Shown in pieces: positions 36,190 to 45,785 of a DNA stretch of 64,000 nucleotides. The notes beneath the pieces were generated by a model. It was not told the DNA's origin. It saw only the letters and a program-made list of their open reading frames with translations, and ran no database searches. The position numbers and the translations under genes are program-made. The first letter of the stretch is position 1, and every line of letters begins with the position of its first letter. This stretch comes from an uncultured Eubacteriales bacterium (lineage in GTDB: Bacteria > Bacillota > Clostridia > Oscillospirales > Oscillospiraceae), in assembly GCA_900316255.1 (NCBI GenBank), contig ONCI01000003.1, positions 33,584 to 97,583 on the forward strand. Direction: 5' to 3'.

Positions 36190-37515
36190 ATGAAAGATGT
36201 TACTTACACGCGCAAAATCCCTTTCAGCCCCCCGGATATCTCCGAGCTTGAGATCCAGGAGGTGGCGGAAGCGCTTCGGTCCGGGTGGATTACCACCGGG
36301 CCCAGAACGAAGCTGCTGGAAAGGAGACTTGCTGCCTATATCGCTGCCGGACGGACCGATGTCGATACGGAGGCTGATCCTGCGCGCTGGAGCAACCGGG
36401 TTGTCTGCCTGAATTCGGCCACCGCCGCGGAGGAAATGAATCTGCGTATCCTGGGTGTGGGACCGGGGGACGAAGTGATCGTTCCCGCCTATACCTACAC
36501 GGCATCTGCTTCCGCCGTCATCCACTGCGGCGCCAAGGTGGTTTTTGTGGACATCCAGCGGGACGGAGATCCCGTCTCCCACATGCCGGAGATGGATTAT
36601 GCGGCGATGGAAGCTGCCATCACCCCAAGGACCAAGGCCATCGTTTCCGTTGACCTGGGCGGTATCGTATGCGACTATGAGCGGATCTTTGCCGCGGTCG
36701 AACGAAAGAAAGCACTCTTTACTCCCCTTGAGAGTGACGGGACAGCGCTGGGTGATCTGTCTTCCCGGATCCAGAAGGCCATCGGCCGGGTCGCGGTCGT
36801 GGCTGACTGTGCCCACGGCCTGGGCGGCAGCCGTGTTGTCTGGGGCGAGAAGCGGTACTGCGGCGCCATAGCCGATATGACCAGCTTTTCTTTCCATGCG
36901 GTGAAGAATTTCACCACCGCCGAGGGCGGCGCCTCTACCTGGCGCAGTCTTCCCGGCATCAGCGACGGGGAAATTTACAACATGTATCAGCTCCTGTCAC
37001 TCCACGGCCAGGACAAGGATGCCCTTTCCAAGAGCAAACTGGGCAGCTGGGAGTATGACATTATTGGCCCCTGGTACAAGTGCAACATGACGGATATTAT
37101 GGCTGCCATCGGACTGAGACAACTGGACCGCTATCCGGGCCTTCTTGCCCGCAGACGGGAGATCATGAAGCGTTATGACAACGTCTGCGATGCTCTCGGA
37201 TTCAGCAGACTGGTCCATCATACTGACTGTATGGACAGCTCCAATCACCTTTATCTGATCCGGATCCCCGGGATCGGGGAGGAGGAGCGCAACCGCTTCA
37301 TTGAGCAGATCGCGGAAAGAGGCGTTGCGGCCAATGTCCACTACAAGCCGCTCCCCATGATGACCGCCTACGGCAAAGACTGCTCGGCCTTCCCCAATTC
37401 GTATGCATACTACGCCAACCTGATCACCCTGCCGTTCCACACGAAGCTGACCGACGAGGACGTGGATTATGTGTGTGAAACGCTTCGGGAAGTATTTAAG
37501 AAAGGCAATGACTGA
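36190..37515 (+). CDS. DegT/DnrJ/EryC1/StrS-family sugar aminotransferase
   Basis: 441 aa; FSPPDISELEIQEVAEALRSGWITTGP N-terminus; PLP-lysine context SFSFHAVKNFTTAEGG. Confidence 0.9.
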   Translation: MKDVTYTRKIPFSPPDISELEIQEVAEALRSGWITTGPRTKLLERRLAAYIAAGRTDVDTEADPARWSNRVVCLNSATAAEEMNLRILGVGPGDEVIVPAYTYTASASAVIHCGAKVVFVDIQRDGDPVSHMPEMDYAAMEAAITPRTKAIVSVDLGGIVCDYERIFAAVERKKALFTPLESDGTALGDLSSRIQKAIGRVAVVADCAHGLGGSRVVWGEKRYCGAIADMTSFSFHAVKNFTTAEGGASTWRSLPGISDGEIYNMYQLLSLHGQDKDALSKSKLGSWEYDIIGPWYKCNMTDIMAAIGLRQLDRYPGLLARRREIMKRYDNVCDALGFSRLVHHTDCMDSSNHLYLIRIPGIGEEERNRFIEQIAERGVAANVHYKPLPMMTAYGKDCSAFPNSYAYYANLITLPFHTKLTDEDVDYVCETLREVFKKGND

Positions 37516-37517
37516 AC

Positions 37518-38213
37518 ATGCTCCGAAAATGGGATGAGCTTCCGGCGTATATGAAGACTCCGGAAGTGCGGCCTTACTGGGAAAGCCTGAATCAAAAGCG
37601 CGGGCAGCTGCTGTGCAAACGCGTTTTTGACTATGCGGCGGCCTCGGCTTTTCTGGTGGTGCTGGCCCTGCCGATGGCAGGCATCGCCCTGTGGATCAAG
37701 CTGGATTCCTCCGGGCCTGTGTTTTATCGGCAGGAGCGGGTCACCACATACGGCAGGCACTTTTATATCCACAAGTTCCGCACCATGGTGAGCAATGCGG
37801 AAAGGCTCGGGACTGCGGTCACGGTGGGGGATGACGCCCGCATTACAAGAGCGGGAAAAAAGCTGCGCCGTTTTCGGCTGGACGAATTTCCCCAGCTGCT
37901 GGATGTGCTGCAGGGGAACATGTCCTTTGTCGGCACCCGCCCGGAGGCGGTGAAGTATGTGGAGCAATATCAGCCCGCGTATTACGCGACGCTTCTGCTG
38001 CCTGCCGGAATCACCTCAGAAGCCAGTATCCGCTATAAGGATGAGGATAAGCTCCTGAAAGACGCGGAAAATGTGGACCGGGTATATGTGGAAGAGATCC
38101 TTCCGGATAAAATGCGATGGAATCTGCAGAGCGTCAGGGATTTCAGCTTCGGTCGGGAGCTGATGACTATGCTCCGCACAGCTTTCGCGGTTCTGGGAAA
38201 AGACGATCAATGA
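37518..38213 (+). CDS. Undecaprenyl-phosphate sugar phosphotransferase (PglC/WbaP C-terminal type)
   Basis: 231 aa; single re-entrant helix then YIHKFRTM, DEFPQLLDVLQGNMSFVGTRP. Confidence 0.9.
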   Translation: MLRKWDELPAYMKTPEVRPYWESLNQKRGQLLCKRVFDYAAASAFLVVLALPMAGIALWIKLDSSGPVFYRQERVTTYGRHFYIHKFRTMVSNAERLGTAVTVGDDARITRAGKKLRRFRLDEFPQLLDVLQGNMSFVGTRPEAVKYVEQYQPAYYATLLLPAGITSEASIRYKDEDKLLKDAENVDRVYVEEILPDKMRWNLQSVRDFSFGRELMTMLRTAFAVLGKDDQ

Positions 38214-38249
38214 TTTTTGTCGGCGCTGCCGGCTGGGAAGAGGGCCTGG

Positions 38250-39065
38250 ATGGAAAAGTATTCGGTATTGATGACGGTCTATGCGAAGGATGATCCGGAG
38301 TTTTTCTCCCTCGCGCTCAGCAGCATGGCAGAACAGACCTACCCGCCAGATGAGATCGTGCTGGTCAAGGATGGGCCGATTCCGGACGCTCTGCAGCAGG
38401 TCATCGACAAGGCTGTGGAGGCAGGCACGCCGATCGTCTCTGTCCAGCTTGAAAAAAACAAGGGCCTTGGCCTTGCGCTGAACGAAGGCATCAAGGTTGT
38501 GAAAAATGATCTGATCGCAAGAATGGATTCGGACGACTACTCCCTGCCGGAGCGCTGTGAGAAGCAGGTGAAGGAGTTTGAGAAGAATCCGAAGCTTGCG
38601 ATCGTGGGCTGTCCGGTCCTGGAGTTCACGGGTTCGCCGGATCATATCGTGGGGCAAAGAAAAGTCCCCCTGACGAACGAGGAGATCTATCGCTTCGCCA
38701 GGAAACGGGATCCCTTCAACCACCCCACCGTGATGTACCGGAAATCCGCCGTGGAGAGAGCCGGCTGCTATTCCGATTACCGAAAGAATCAGGACACGGA
38801 CCTTTGGATCAAGATGCTGTCCCAGCAGGTACAGTGCATGAATCTGGAGGAGCCGCTCTTCCGCTTCCGCTTCGACGAGGGGACCTATGAGAAGCGAAAA
38901 TCCTGGCTCAATACGAAGATCCTGATCGAGATCCGCTACAAGGCCTGGCGATCGGGCTTCAACTCCCTCGGCGAATTCCTGCTTGTGGCAGCGGCCCAGT
39001 TCGGCATGTATGTGCTGCCTGTGGGCTTCCAAAGGTTTTTGTATCAAAAGATACTCAGGAGATAA
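38250..39065 (+). CDS. Glycosyltransferase family 2
   Basis: ATG 38250 (MEKYSVLMTVYAKDDPEFF); LVKDGP, MDSDDYS (DxD) motifs. Confidence 0.85.
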   Translation: MEKYSVLMTVYAKDDPEFFSLALSSMAEQTYPPDEIVLVKDGPIPDALQQVIDKAVEAGTPIVSVQLEKNKGLGLALNEGIKVVKNDLIARMDSDDYSLPERCEKQVKEFEKNPKLAIVGCPVLEFTGSPDHIVGQRKVPLTNEEIYRFARKRDPFNHPTVMYRKSAVERAGCYSDYRKNQDTDLWIKMLSQQVQCMNLEEPLFRFRFDEGTYEKRKSWLNTKILIEIRYKAWRSGFNSLGEFLLVAAAQFGMYVLPVGFQRFLYQKILRR

Positions 39066-39072
39066 ATGATCC

Positions 39073-41358
39073 ATGGGTCTGGAGCAAAGAATCAATTATG
39101 AATTGAATAAGCATCCCGCGATCAAAAAAGGCGTGAAGTCGGCGTATCAGCATGTGATGTACGCGGCATCCCGAAAGGTCAGGAGCGAGGGCCCCATTAC
39201 GCGCGTTTCTCCGGATGACGCCGGACAGGAATTCTTTTTCGGTTATTACGACAAGTCCCCATGGGACATTACGGATCGGTACATGCTCTGCCTGCGGGCA
39301 AAGGATACCTGGTCCGATGTCAGCCCGAAGGAGAAGGCTGACATTCTGTTGATCGATACGGCCGCCGGGGAAGAGGATCCTGCCCGGGTCCGAAAGATCG
39401 CGGAGACCGCTTCCTGGAATGTTCAGCAGTCCTGCATGCTCCAGTGGCTGGGTCCGGATTATTCTACCCGGATCCTTTTTAATGACTATCGAAACGGGAA
39501 ATATGTCTCGGTCATCAAGGAAGTGGCCGGAGGCGCGGAGCGGGTGATCGACGCCCCGGTTTATACCGTGTCCGCCGACGGAAGGACTGCCCTGACTCTG
39601 GACTTTTCCCGTCTTTACAATCTGCGCCCCGGCTATGGCTATTATAATGTCCCGGAGGCGACAGAGGGCCAGGCCCTCCCGGATGCCACCGCGGTGTGGA
39701 AGATCGATCTGAAATCCGGCGAAGTGCAGCCGCTTTTCAGCTACCGGGATTTTGCCTCCTTCCGGCCTCGACCCGAGATGCTGGAGGAGGGAGCCGTCCA
39801 TAAGGTCAACCACCTTATGCTCAGCCCCGGCGGAGAGCGCTGTATGGTCCTTTACCGCTGGTTTGTGGGACAGAGGAAATATACCCGCCTGCTGACCTTC
39901 CGTACTGACGGTACGGATCTCTACCTCCTGTCGGATGACGACATGGTAAGCCACTGCTGCTGGAAGGACGAGGAACACATCCTCGCCTATGAGAACAAGA
40001 AGGACGGCGGCCCCGGCTATTATTTCATGAAGGACAAAAGCCAGGACTATTTCCGCTGCTGGCCGCAGCTCAGCAACGACGGACACCCCAGCTACAGTCC
40101 GGACAGAAGCCTTGTCGTGACCGATACCTACCCGGATCGGACGCGCATGGCGGAGATCAGGATCATGGACGGTAGGGACGAGAGCAGGAGCAACGTGAAC
40201 GTCATCGCCCGGGTGTTTGCCCCCTTCCGCTATGACAACGACACCCGCTGCGATCTGCATCCCCGCTGGAACCATGCCGGCGACAGGGTCTGCTTTGACA
40301 GCGTCTTTGAAGGGCACAGGGGCCTTTACACGGTAGAGGTCCCGCAGAACGGGAGAGAGTTGGAGCTCCGTTCCAAAATCTCGGTGATCATTCCCGTTTA
40401 TAATGTGGAGCGGTATCTGGCGCGCTGTGTGGAATCGGTGATGCGGCAGACCTACCGCAATCTGGAGGTCATCCTGGTCAACGACGGATCCACCGACGGA
40501 AGTCCCGCCCTTTGCAGGGCGCTGAAGGAACGCTACCCGGAGCTGATCCTGGTCGAAAAGGAGAACGGCGGGCAGAGTTCGGCCAGAAACGCCGGCCTGG
40601 ATGTCTGCACCGGTGATTATGTGACCTTCCTGGACAGCGACGACTGGATCGCGCCGGACTGCTATGAGACCATGCTGAGACTGGCGGAGGCCAATCATGC
40701 GGACGTCTCGGATGTGGGTGTGTGGCAGGTGCGCGGGGAACAGGATCCCGTGCCGACTCCGGGAGAGAAGATCGAGATCTTCCGTGGCCGGGACATCCTG
40801 GAGCACTATCTGTATCGCGGTATGAGTGAGCAAAATGGCGCCCCCTACGCATGCTATAGGAAGCTCTGTCGAAAAGAACTGTTTTACGGGGACACGGCTC
40901 ATTTTCAGGAAGGGACTGTTAATGAGGACATCTGCTTTGTCTACCGTATCTTGCGTAAATGCAGGAAAATCGTTGTCAGCAATCAGATCAAGTACTTTTA
41001 TTTCCAGGGAGAAGCCAGCACCACAAACGGCGCCATGAAGAAAAAGGATCTGGCGCTTCTATCAGTTTCAAGGGAACTGCGGGAGCTGGCGGAGGAATCC
41101 GGCGATCCCAGGATCCTGGAGCTTGCGAAGATGAAGGAAGCACGCGCGGACTTTTCCCTGCTGGCCAGAGCGGCAAAGGATGGGATCGACGACAGCATCC
41201 CGGATCCTGACGGCCTCACAGAGGAGATGCAGAGAAGGCTGCGGAAGAATCTGACGCTTCTTCTGCGCTCTCCTATGTCTTCCATGCGGAAGGGCCTGGC
41301 CTTGGCCTTTGCGGTACAGTATAAGGCAAGCGCCGCGATCGTCCGAAAGCTGATGTAA
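39073..41358 (+). CDS. Fusion protein: N-terminal beta-propeller-like domain (~430 aa) + C-terminal GT2 glycosyltransferase
   Basis: 761 aa; N-part with blade-like motifs (HPSYSPDRSLVVTD, CDLHPRWNHAGDRVCFDS); GT2 part from ~40375 (ISVIIPVYNVERYLARCVESVMRQTYRNLEVILVNDGSTDGS, FLDSDDW). Confidence 0.8.
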   Translation: MGLEQRINYELNKHPAIKKGVKSAYQHVMYAASRKVRSEGPITRVSPDDAGQEFFFGYYDKSPWDITDRYMLCLRAKDTWSDVSPKEKADILLIDTAAGEEDPARVRKIAETASWNVQQSCMLQWLGPDYSTRILFNDYRNGKYVSVIKEVAGGAERVIDAPVYTVSADGRTALTLDFSRLYNLRPGYGYYNVPEATEGQALPDATAVWKIDLKSGEVQPLFSYRDFASFRPRPEMLEEGAVHKVNHLMLSPGGERCMVLYRWFVGQRKYTRLLTFRTDGTDLYLLSDDDMVSHCCWKDEEHILAYENKKDGGPGYYFMKDKSQDYFRCWPQLSNDGHPSYSPDRSLVVTDTYPDRTRMAEIRIMDGRDESRSNVNVIARVFAPFRYDNDTRCDLHPRWNHAGDRVCFDSVFEGHRGLYTVEVPQNGRELELRSKISVIIPVYNVERYLARCVESVMRQTYRNLEVILVNDGSTDGSPALCRALKERYPELILVEKENGGQSSARNAGLDVCTGDYVTFLDSDDWIAPDCYETMLRLAEANHADVSDVGVWQVRGEQDPVPTPGEKIEIFRGRDILEHYLYRGMSEQNGAPYACYRKLCRKELFYGDTAHFQEGTVNEDICFVYRILRKCRKIVVSNQIKYFYFQGEASTTNGAMKKKDLALLSVSRELRELAEESGDPRILELAKMKEARADFSLLARAAKDGIDDSIPDPDGLTEEMQRRLRKNLTLLLRSPMSSMRKGLALAFAVQYKASAAIVRKLM

Positions 41359-41399
41359 AGACGAAACTTGACAGACGACGGCAGGAAGGAGAGTATCGG

Positions 41400-42473
41400 G
41401 TGAAGATCGTTTTTCTATCCTATCTGCACGGCTTCGGCGGCGCGGAAAAGCAGAACGTCATGCTTGCCAATGCCATGGCGGAACGGGGACATGAGGTGCA
41501 TCTCGTGTCCATCTGCGCGGACAACAATTGCTATCCCCTGGATGCGCGCGTACGCTATCGCTATCTTCCGGACAGAAAGACCAACGCGCTTCGCTTTATG
41601 ACCAGATATCAGGATATCCGCAGGACCCTGCTGGAGCTGCAGCCGGATCTCACCGTGAATTTCTGGTTCCAGTCTGCCTATCTCTGCGCCGGAATGCCCA
41701 AGAACATCACGGGGAAACTGATTTATTCCGAACGGTGTGACCCGGGCGATCGGGAGTACAGCGGCGCCCTCGGGCTGATTCGAAGACTCAGCCTGCCCCG
41801 CATCGACGGTTTCGTTTTTCAGTCCCGGGGAGCGCAGCACTATTTTGATCGGTCCGTTCAGGAGCGCAGCACGGTGATCCCGAATCCCGTGTTTGTCAAA
41901 GCCGGGGATTATCCGCCTGTCTCCTTGCGCAGGAAGGCGATCGTCACGGTAGGCCGGCTGCATCCTCAGAAAAACCAGGCGCTGCTGATCCGCGCGTTTG
42001 CCAGAATCGCCGGGGCCTTTCCCGAGTATACGCTGGAGATCTACGGGGATGGGGAACTGCGGCAGAACCTGCAGCGGCAGATCCATGACCTCGGCCTGTC
42101 TGACCGGGCCTTTCTGAAAGGAACCAGCGCCAGGATCCATGAGCTGATCCGTGACGCTGCGCTCTTTGTCCTGAGCTCGGACTATGAAGGGATGCCCAAT
42201 ACGCTGCTGGAGGCGATGTCTCTCGGGATCCCATGCATCTCCACAGACTGCAGGCCCGGCGGCGCCAGAGAGATCATCGAGGATGGAGAGGACGGGCTTA
42301 TCGTGCCCTGTGAGGACGAAGAGAGCCTTGCCAATGCGATGGAAACGCTCCTTTCCGACCCGGAGAAGGCCGACGCTTTTTCCCGGGAAGCGATCCTTCG
42401 CTGCGCCCGCTTTGCTCCGAACGCGATCTATGATGCTTGGGAGCGCTTTTTCCTCTCGCGTCTGGAGAACTAA
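41400..42473 (+). CDS. Glycosyltransferase family 4 (GT-B)
   Basis: GTG start after GGAAGGAG; 357 aa; EGMPNTLLEAMSLGIPCISTD (E-x7-E). Confidence 0.85.
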   Translation: MKIVFLSYLHGFGGAEKQNVMLANAMAERGHEVHLVSICADNNCYPLDARVRYRYLPDRKTNALRFMTRYQDIRRTLLELQPDLTVNFWFQSAYLCAGMPKNITGKLIYSERCDPGDREYSGALGLIRRLSLPRIDGFVFQSRGAQHYFDRSVQERSTVIPNPVFVKAGDYPPVSLRRKAIVTVGRLHPQKNQALLIRAFARIAGAFPEYTLEIYGDGELRQNLQRQIHDLGLSDRAFLKGTSARIHELIRDAALFVLSSDYEGMPNTLLEAMSLGIPCISTDCRPGGAREIIEDGEDGLIVPCEDEESLANAMETLLSDPEKADAFSREAILRCARFAPNAIYDAWERFFLSRLEN

Positions 42474-42494
42474 CACACAGAGGGGTACTCTTTC

Positions 42495-43703
42495 ATGAGC
42501 TTGAAAAGAAACAGGACGGTTGAACTGTATTCGATAGCCCTGGTCTTGCTTTTGGTTTCCAATATCTGCTTTTACACGGCAGAGACGCCGCAGCTCTATC
42601 GCCTGATGAGCGGCTCCGGCATCCTGCTTTCCTTTGTCGTTTCCCTGCGCAGGTTTTCGATGGTGATCAAAAAGTCCAACTGCATCCTGTGGCTCTCGGC
42701 CATATACGCCATGTTCCTGTTTTACGGCATTTTCTTCCTGCGGGCTGCTACCTTTCAGCCGCTCACCCTGATCATCAGATACCTGGAATGCGCAGCCATG
42801 TATCTTGCCATCAAAGGCATTTTCCGGGAGGATTATCGAAAGCTGGCTCCTTCGTTCATCTCGGCGGGGTTTTTTTCGCTCCTCTATCTGATTGCCAGAG
42901 AAGGCGCGCTCATTGCCCTCGGCGGATACCGGATCGGAGGCTCGCTGAGCGGAAACGTCAATACAGCCGGTTATTGTTTCGGCATTGTTTCCACGGTGGT
43001 GATCTGGTCCTATTGCATGAAGAAAGACTGGAAAAAGCTCCTTTTTCTTTTGGTGCTCCTTGCTTTTATGATCCTCACCGGCTCCAAAAAGGTGACGATC
43101 ATCATCATGGCGGACCTGCTGATCCTTTTGTCTTATCAAAAAGGGAAAATTTCTACCTGGATCCTCCTGGCCATCGGGCTTACGGCGGGGGTATACTGCC
43201 TGTTCAACGTGCCCTATCTGTACGAGATCATGGGCGTACGGATCGAATCCATGTTTCTCACGCTCCTCTACGGGAATGACGCTTCGCTCCATTCGTATTC
43301 CACTGAGGTGAGAGGGGAAATGGTGCAGGAGGCGTTTCGCCTTTTTCTGCATCATCCGATCTTTGGCGGCGGATACAATTATTTCGCTTCCATGACGGTG
43401 ACGCGGTATGATTACTGCCACTGCAATTATGCAGAGCTGCTCTGCAGTTTCGGCGTCGTCGGGACGATGTTGTATTATTCCAAGCATCTGAGCGTCCTGG
43501 GCAGGCTGACGAGGGCGCTGAAGCGCAGAACAGGGAACAGAGATCTGGCTGTTTTCGGCGTTATCCTTCTGCTGATGATACTGACTTTGGACTGGAGCGC
43601 GGTCACATTCTCTGCTCAGGCGACCTGGTATCTTCCGGTCCTGATCTCAAACGCGGCGTCTGATACGATCCAGGCCAATTTATCCAGGAACGGAGGGCGG
43701 TAG
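42495..43703 (+). CDS. O-antigen polymerase/ligase-like membrane protein (Wzy candidate)
   Basis: 402 aa, ~10 TM helices, low-GC, position in locus. Confidence 0.7.
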   Translation: MSLKRNRTVELYSIALVLLLVSNICFYTAETPQLYRLMSGSGILLSFVVSLRRFSMVIKKSNCILWLSAIYAMFLFYGIFFLRAATFQPLTLIIRYLECAAMYLAIKGIFREDYRKLAPSFISAGFFSLLYLIAREGALIALGGYRIGGSLSGNVNTAGYCFGIVSTVVIWSYCMKKDWKKLLFLLVLLAFMILTGSKKVTIIIMADLLILLSYQKGKISTWILLAIGLTAGVYCLFNVPYLYEIMGVRIESMFLTLLYGNDASLHSYSTEVRGEMVQEAFRLFLHHPIFGGGYNYFASMTVTRYDYCHCNYAELLCSFGVVGTMLYYSKHLSVLGRLTRALKRRTGNRDLAVFGVILLLMILTLDWSAVTFSAQATWYLPVLISNAASDTIQANLSRNGGR

Positions 43704-43706
43704 GCA

Positions 43707-44648
43707 ATGGGAAAGATCGATACGATAAAAAGGCTGTGGAGAAGGGACAAGTATCAGCTTCTCGTGGCGGCCTACGACCACCTTTGTCATACCCATATCA
43801 CAGATCTCCTTTCCGATGAAGCTTTCCTGAAACTTACGTTCCGTATCAAGATCCGGGAGAAGCTGGACCTTCAGCATCCGGTCACCTTCAATCAGAAGCT
43901 TCAGTGGCTCAAACTGTATGACCGGCAGGAGCGATATACCGCCATGGTGGATAAGATCCTGGTAAAAGATTATGTTTCCGGCATCATCGGCGAGGAGTAC
44001 ATCATCCCGACCCTCGGGGCGTGGGAACGCTTTGAAGACATTGATTTTGACGCGCTGCCGGATCAGTTTGTGCTCAAATGCAACCACGACTCCGGGAGCG
44101 TCGTGTTCTGCCGTGACAAGACAAGCTTTGATCGGGAAGCCGCCCGGAGAAAGCTGAACAAGTGTCTCCACGTGGATTCCTTCTATTGGGGTAGGGAATG
44201 GCCCTACAGAAATGTGAAAAGGAAGATCCTGGCGGAAGCTCTTGTGCAGGACGAGCCTGGAAAAGAAATCCCGGACTATAAACTGCTTTGCTTCAACGGA
44301 AAGGTCAGGTGCTCCTTCGTAGGCAACGAGCGTTTCAGTGAGGACGGCCTGAGGACCACCTATTTTGACAGAGACTGGAACGAGCTGCCTTTTGAACGGC
44401 ATTTTCCCAAGAGCGGCGTGAAGATCCCAAAGCCTGAGTGTTATGAGAAAATGCTTGCCATCGCCGAAAAGCTGGCTGAAGGGATCCCCTTTGTCCGGGT
44501 CGATTTTTATGAAGTCGCAGGGAAGGTGTATTTTGGTGAACTGACTTTCTATCCCGGCTCGGGAATGCTGGAATTCAAGCCCCCGGAATGGGATGCGGTC
44601 CTGGGAAGCTGGCTGGAGCTGCCAGAAAAAACGATCGGCGGAGACTGA
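43707..44648 (+). CDS. TupA-like ATP-grasp protein
   Basis: 313 aa; pattern FNQKLQWLKLYDR...KILVKDYV...FVLKCNHDSGSVVFC...YFGELTFYPGSG as in the teichuronopeptide TupA-like ATP-grasp family (from memory). Confidence 0.7.
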   Translation: MGKIDTIKRLWRRDKYQLLVAAYDHLCHTHITDLLSDEAFLKLTFRIKIREKLDLQHPVTFNQKLQWLKLYDRQERYTAMVDKILVKDYVSGIIGEEYIIPTLGAWERFEDIDFDALPDQFVLKCNHDSGSVVFCRDKTSFDREAARRKLNKCLHVDSFYWGREWPYRNVKRKILAEALVQDEPGKEIPDYKLLCFNGKVRCSFVGNERFSEDGLRTTYFDRDWNELPFERHFPKSGVKIPKPECYEKMLAIAEKLAEGIPFVRVDFYEVAGKVYFGELTFYPGSGMLEFKPPEWDAVLGSWLELPEKTIGGD

Positions 44649-44651
44649 GTT

Positions 44652-45785
44652 ATGGGCACAAAACTCTTGATCGGGGCGGACCTCGTCCCCACAAAAACCA
44701 ATGCGGACCTTTTTGCTGCAGGGGACGTGCTGCGCCTCGTGGGAGAGGAACTGCTCTCCCGGCTGCAGTCAGCCGATTTTATAGCGATGAATCTGGAAGT
44801 CCCGCTCACGGATCGGGCGGCGCCCATCCGCAAATGCGGGCCCTGCCTGATCGCGCCGCCGGAGACCGCGGAAGGCTTGCGGGAAATCGATCCTTATTTC
44901 TTCACACTGGCTAACAACCACATCCTGGATCAGGGCGCAGAGGGTCTGCGCTCCACCATGAAGACCCTGCGGGAGAAGGGGATCGCTTTTGCCGGCGCCG
45001 GGGAAAACCTGGAAGAGGCGAGCCGTCCGTATCTCACCCGGATCGGCTCCTGCCGGGTAGGCTTTTACTGCTGCGCGGAGCATGAGTTTTCCATCGCGGG
45101 TGAAAACAGGCCCGGAGCAAACCCCTACGATCCTCTGGAGAGCTTTGACCATGTGCGCCGCTTGAAAGCAGACTGTGATTATTGCATCGTTCTCTATCAC
45201 GGAGGAAAGGAATGCTATCGCTATCCCTCGCCCATGCTGCAGCGCGTATTCCGCAAGTTTGCCGAATGCGGAGCCGACCTGGTCATCGCCCAGCATACTC
45301 ATTGCGTCGGCTGCATGGAGCGCTACCAGGGGAGCACCCTGGTGTATGGACAGGGCAATTTCCTCTTTGACGATTCAAACAGCGAATACTGGAAAAGCTC
45401 CCTTCTGCTCCAGGTGGATCTGAACAGCAAAGAACTGGAGTATATCCCGCTGGTGAAGAAGGGGGAACTGGTCCGGGAAGCAACCGACAAGGAGAGAGAA
45501 GAGATCCTGTCCGGCTTCCTCGCCAGGAGCGAAGAAATCAAGTCTCCCGACTTTGTGGAGGACAGATACGCCCGGTTTGCCAGAGAGATGGAACACGATT
45601 ATCTGTTTCGTTTTTCCGGCCGTCTCTCCAAAGTCTTTCTGTTCCGCATTCTGAACAAGCTTACTTCCTATCGTTTCTTGAAGCTGTTTTATCAAGACCG
45701 ATATCGGGCAAGCATTGAGAATGTTCTTGAATGTGAGGCGCACCGGGAACTGGCGGCCAAGGCATTGAGAGGAAGAGAGGAATGA
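44652..45785 (+). CDS. CapA/PGA_cap-family metallophosphatase-like protein
   Basis: 377 aa; DFIAMNLEVPL, FTLANNHILDQG, VLYHGGKE, AQHTHCVG motifs. Confidence 0.8.
   Translation: MGTKLLIGADLVPTKTNADLFAAGDVLRLVGEELLSRLQSADFIAMNLEVPLTDRAAPIRKCGPCLIAPPETAEGLREIDPYFFTLANNHILDQGAEGLRSTMKTLREKGIAFAGAGENLEEASRPYLTRIGSCRVGFYCCAEHEFSIAGENRPGANPYDPLESFDHVRRLKADCDYCIVLYHGGKECYRYPSPMLQRVFRKFAECGADLVIAQHTHCVGCMERYQGSTLVYGQGNFLFDDSNSEYWKSSLLLQVDLNSKELEYIPLVKKGELVREATDKEREEILSGFLARSEEIKSPDFVEDRYARFAREMEHDYLFRFSGRLSKVFLFRILNKLTSYRFLKLFYQDRYRASIENVLECEAHRELAAKALRGREE

Noticed and set aside
39055-43487. Minus-strand ORFs 39055..40902 (615 aa) and 41415..43487 (690 aa)
   Set aside because: They are antisense to glycosyltransferase and Wzy genes. 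They have no motifs and an Arg/Gly/His/Pro-rich composition.
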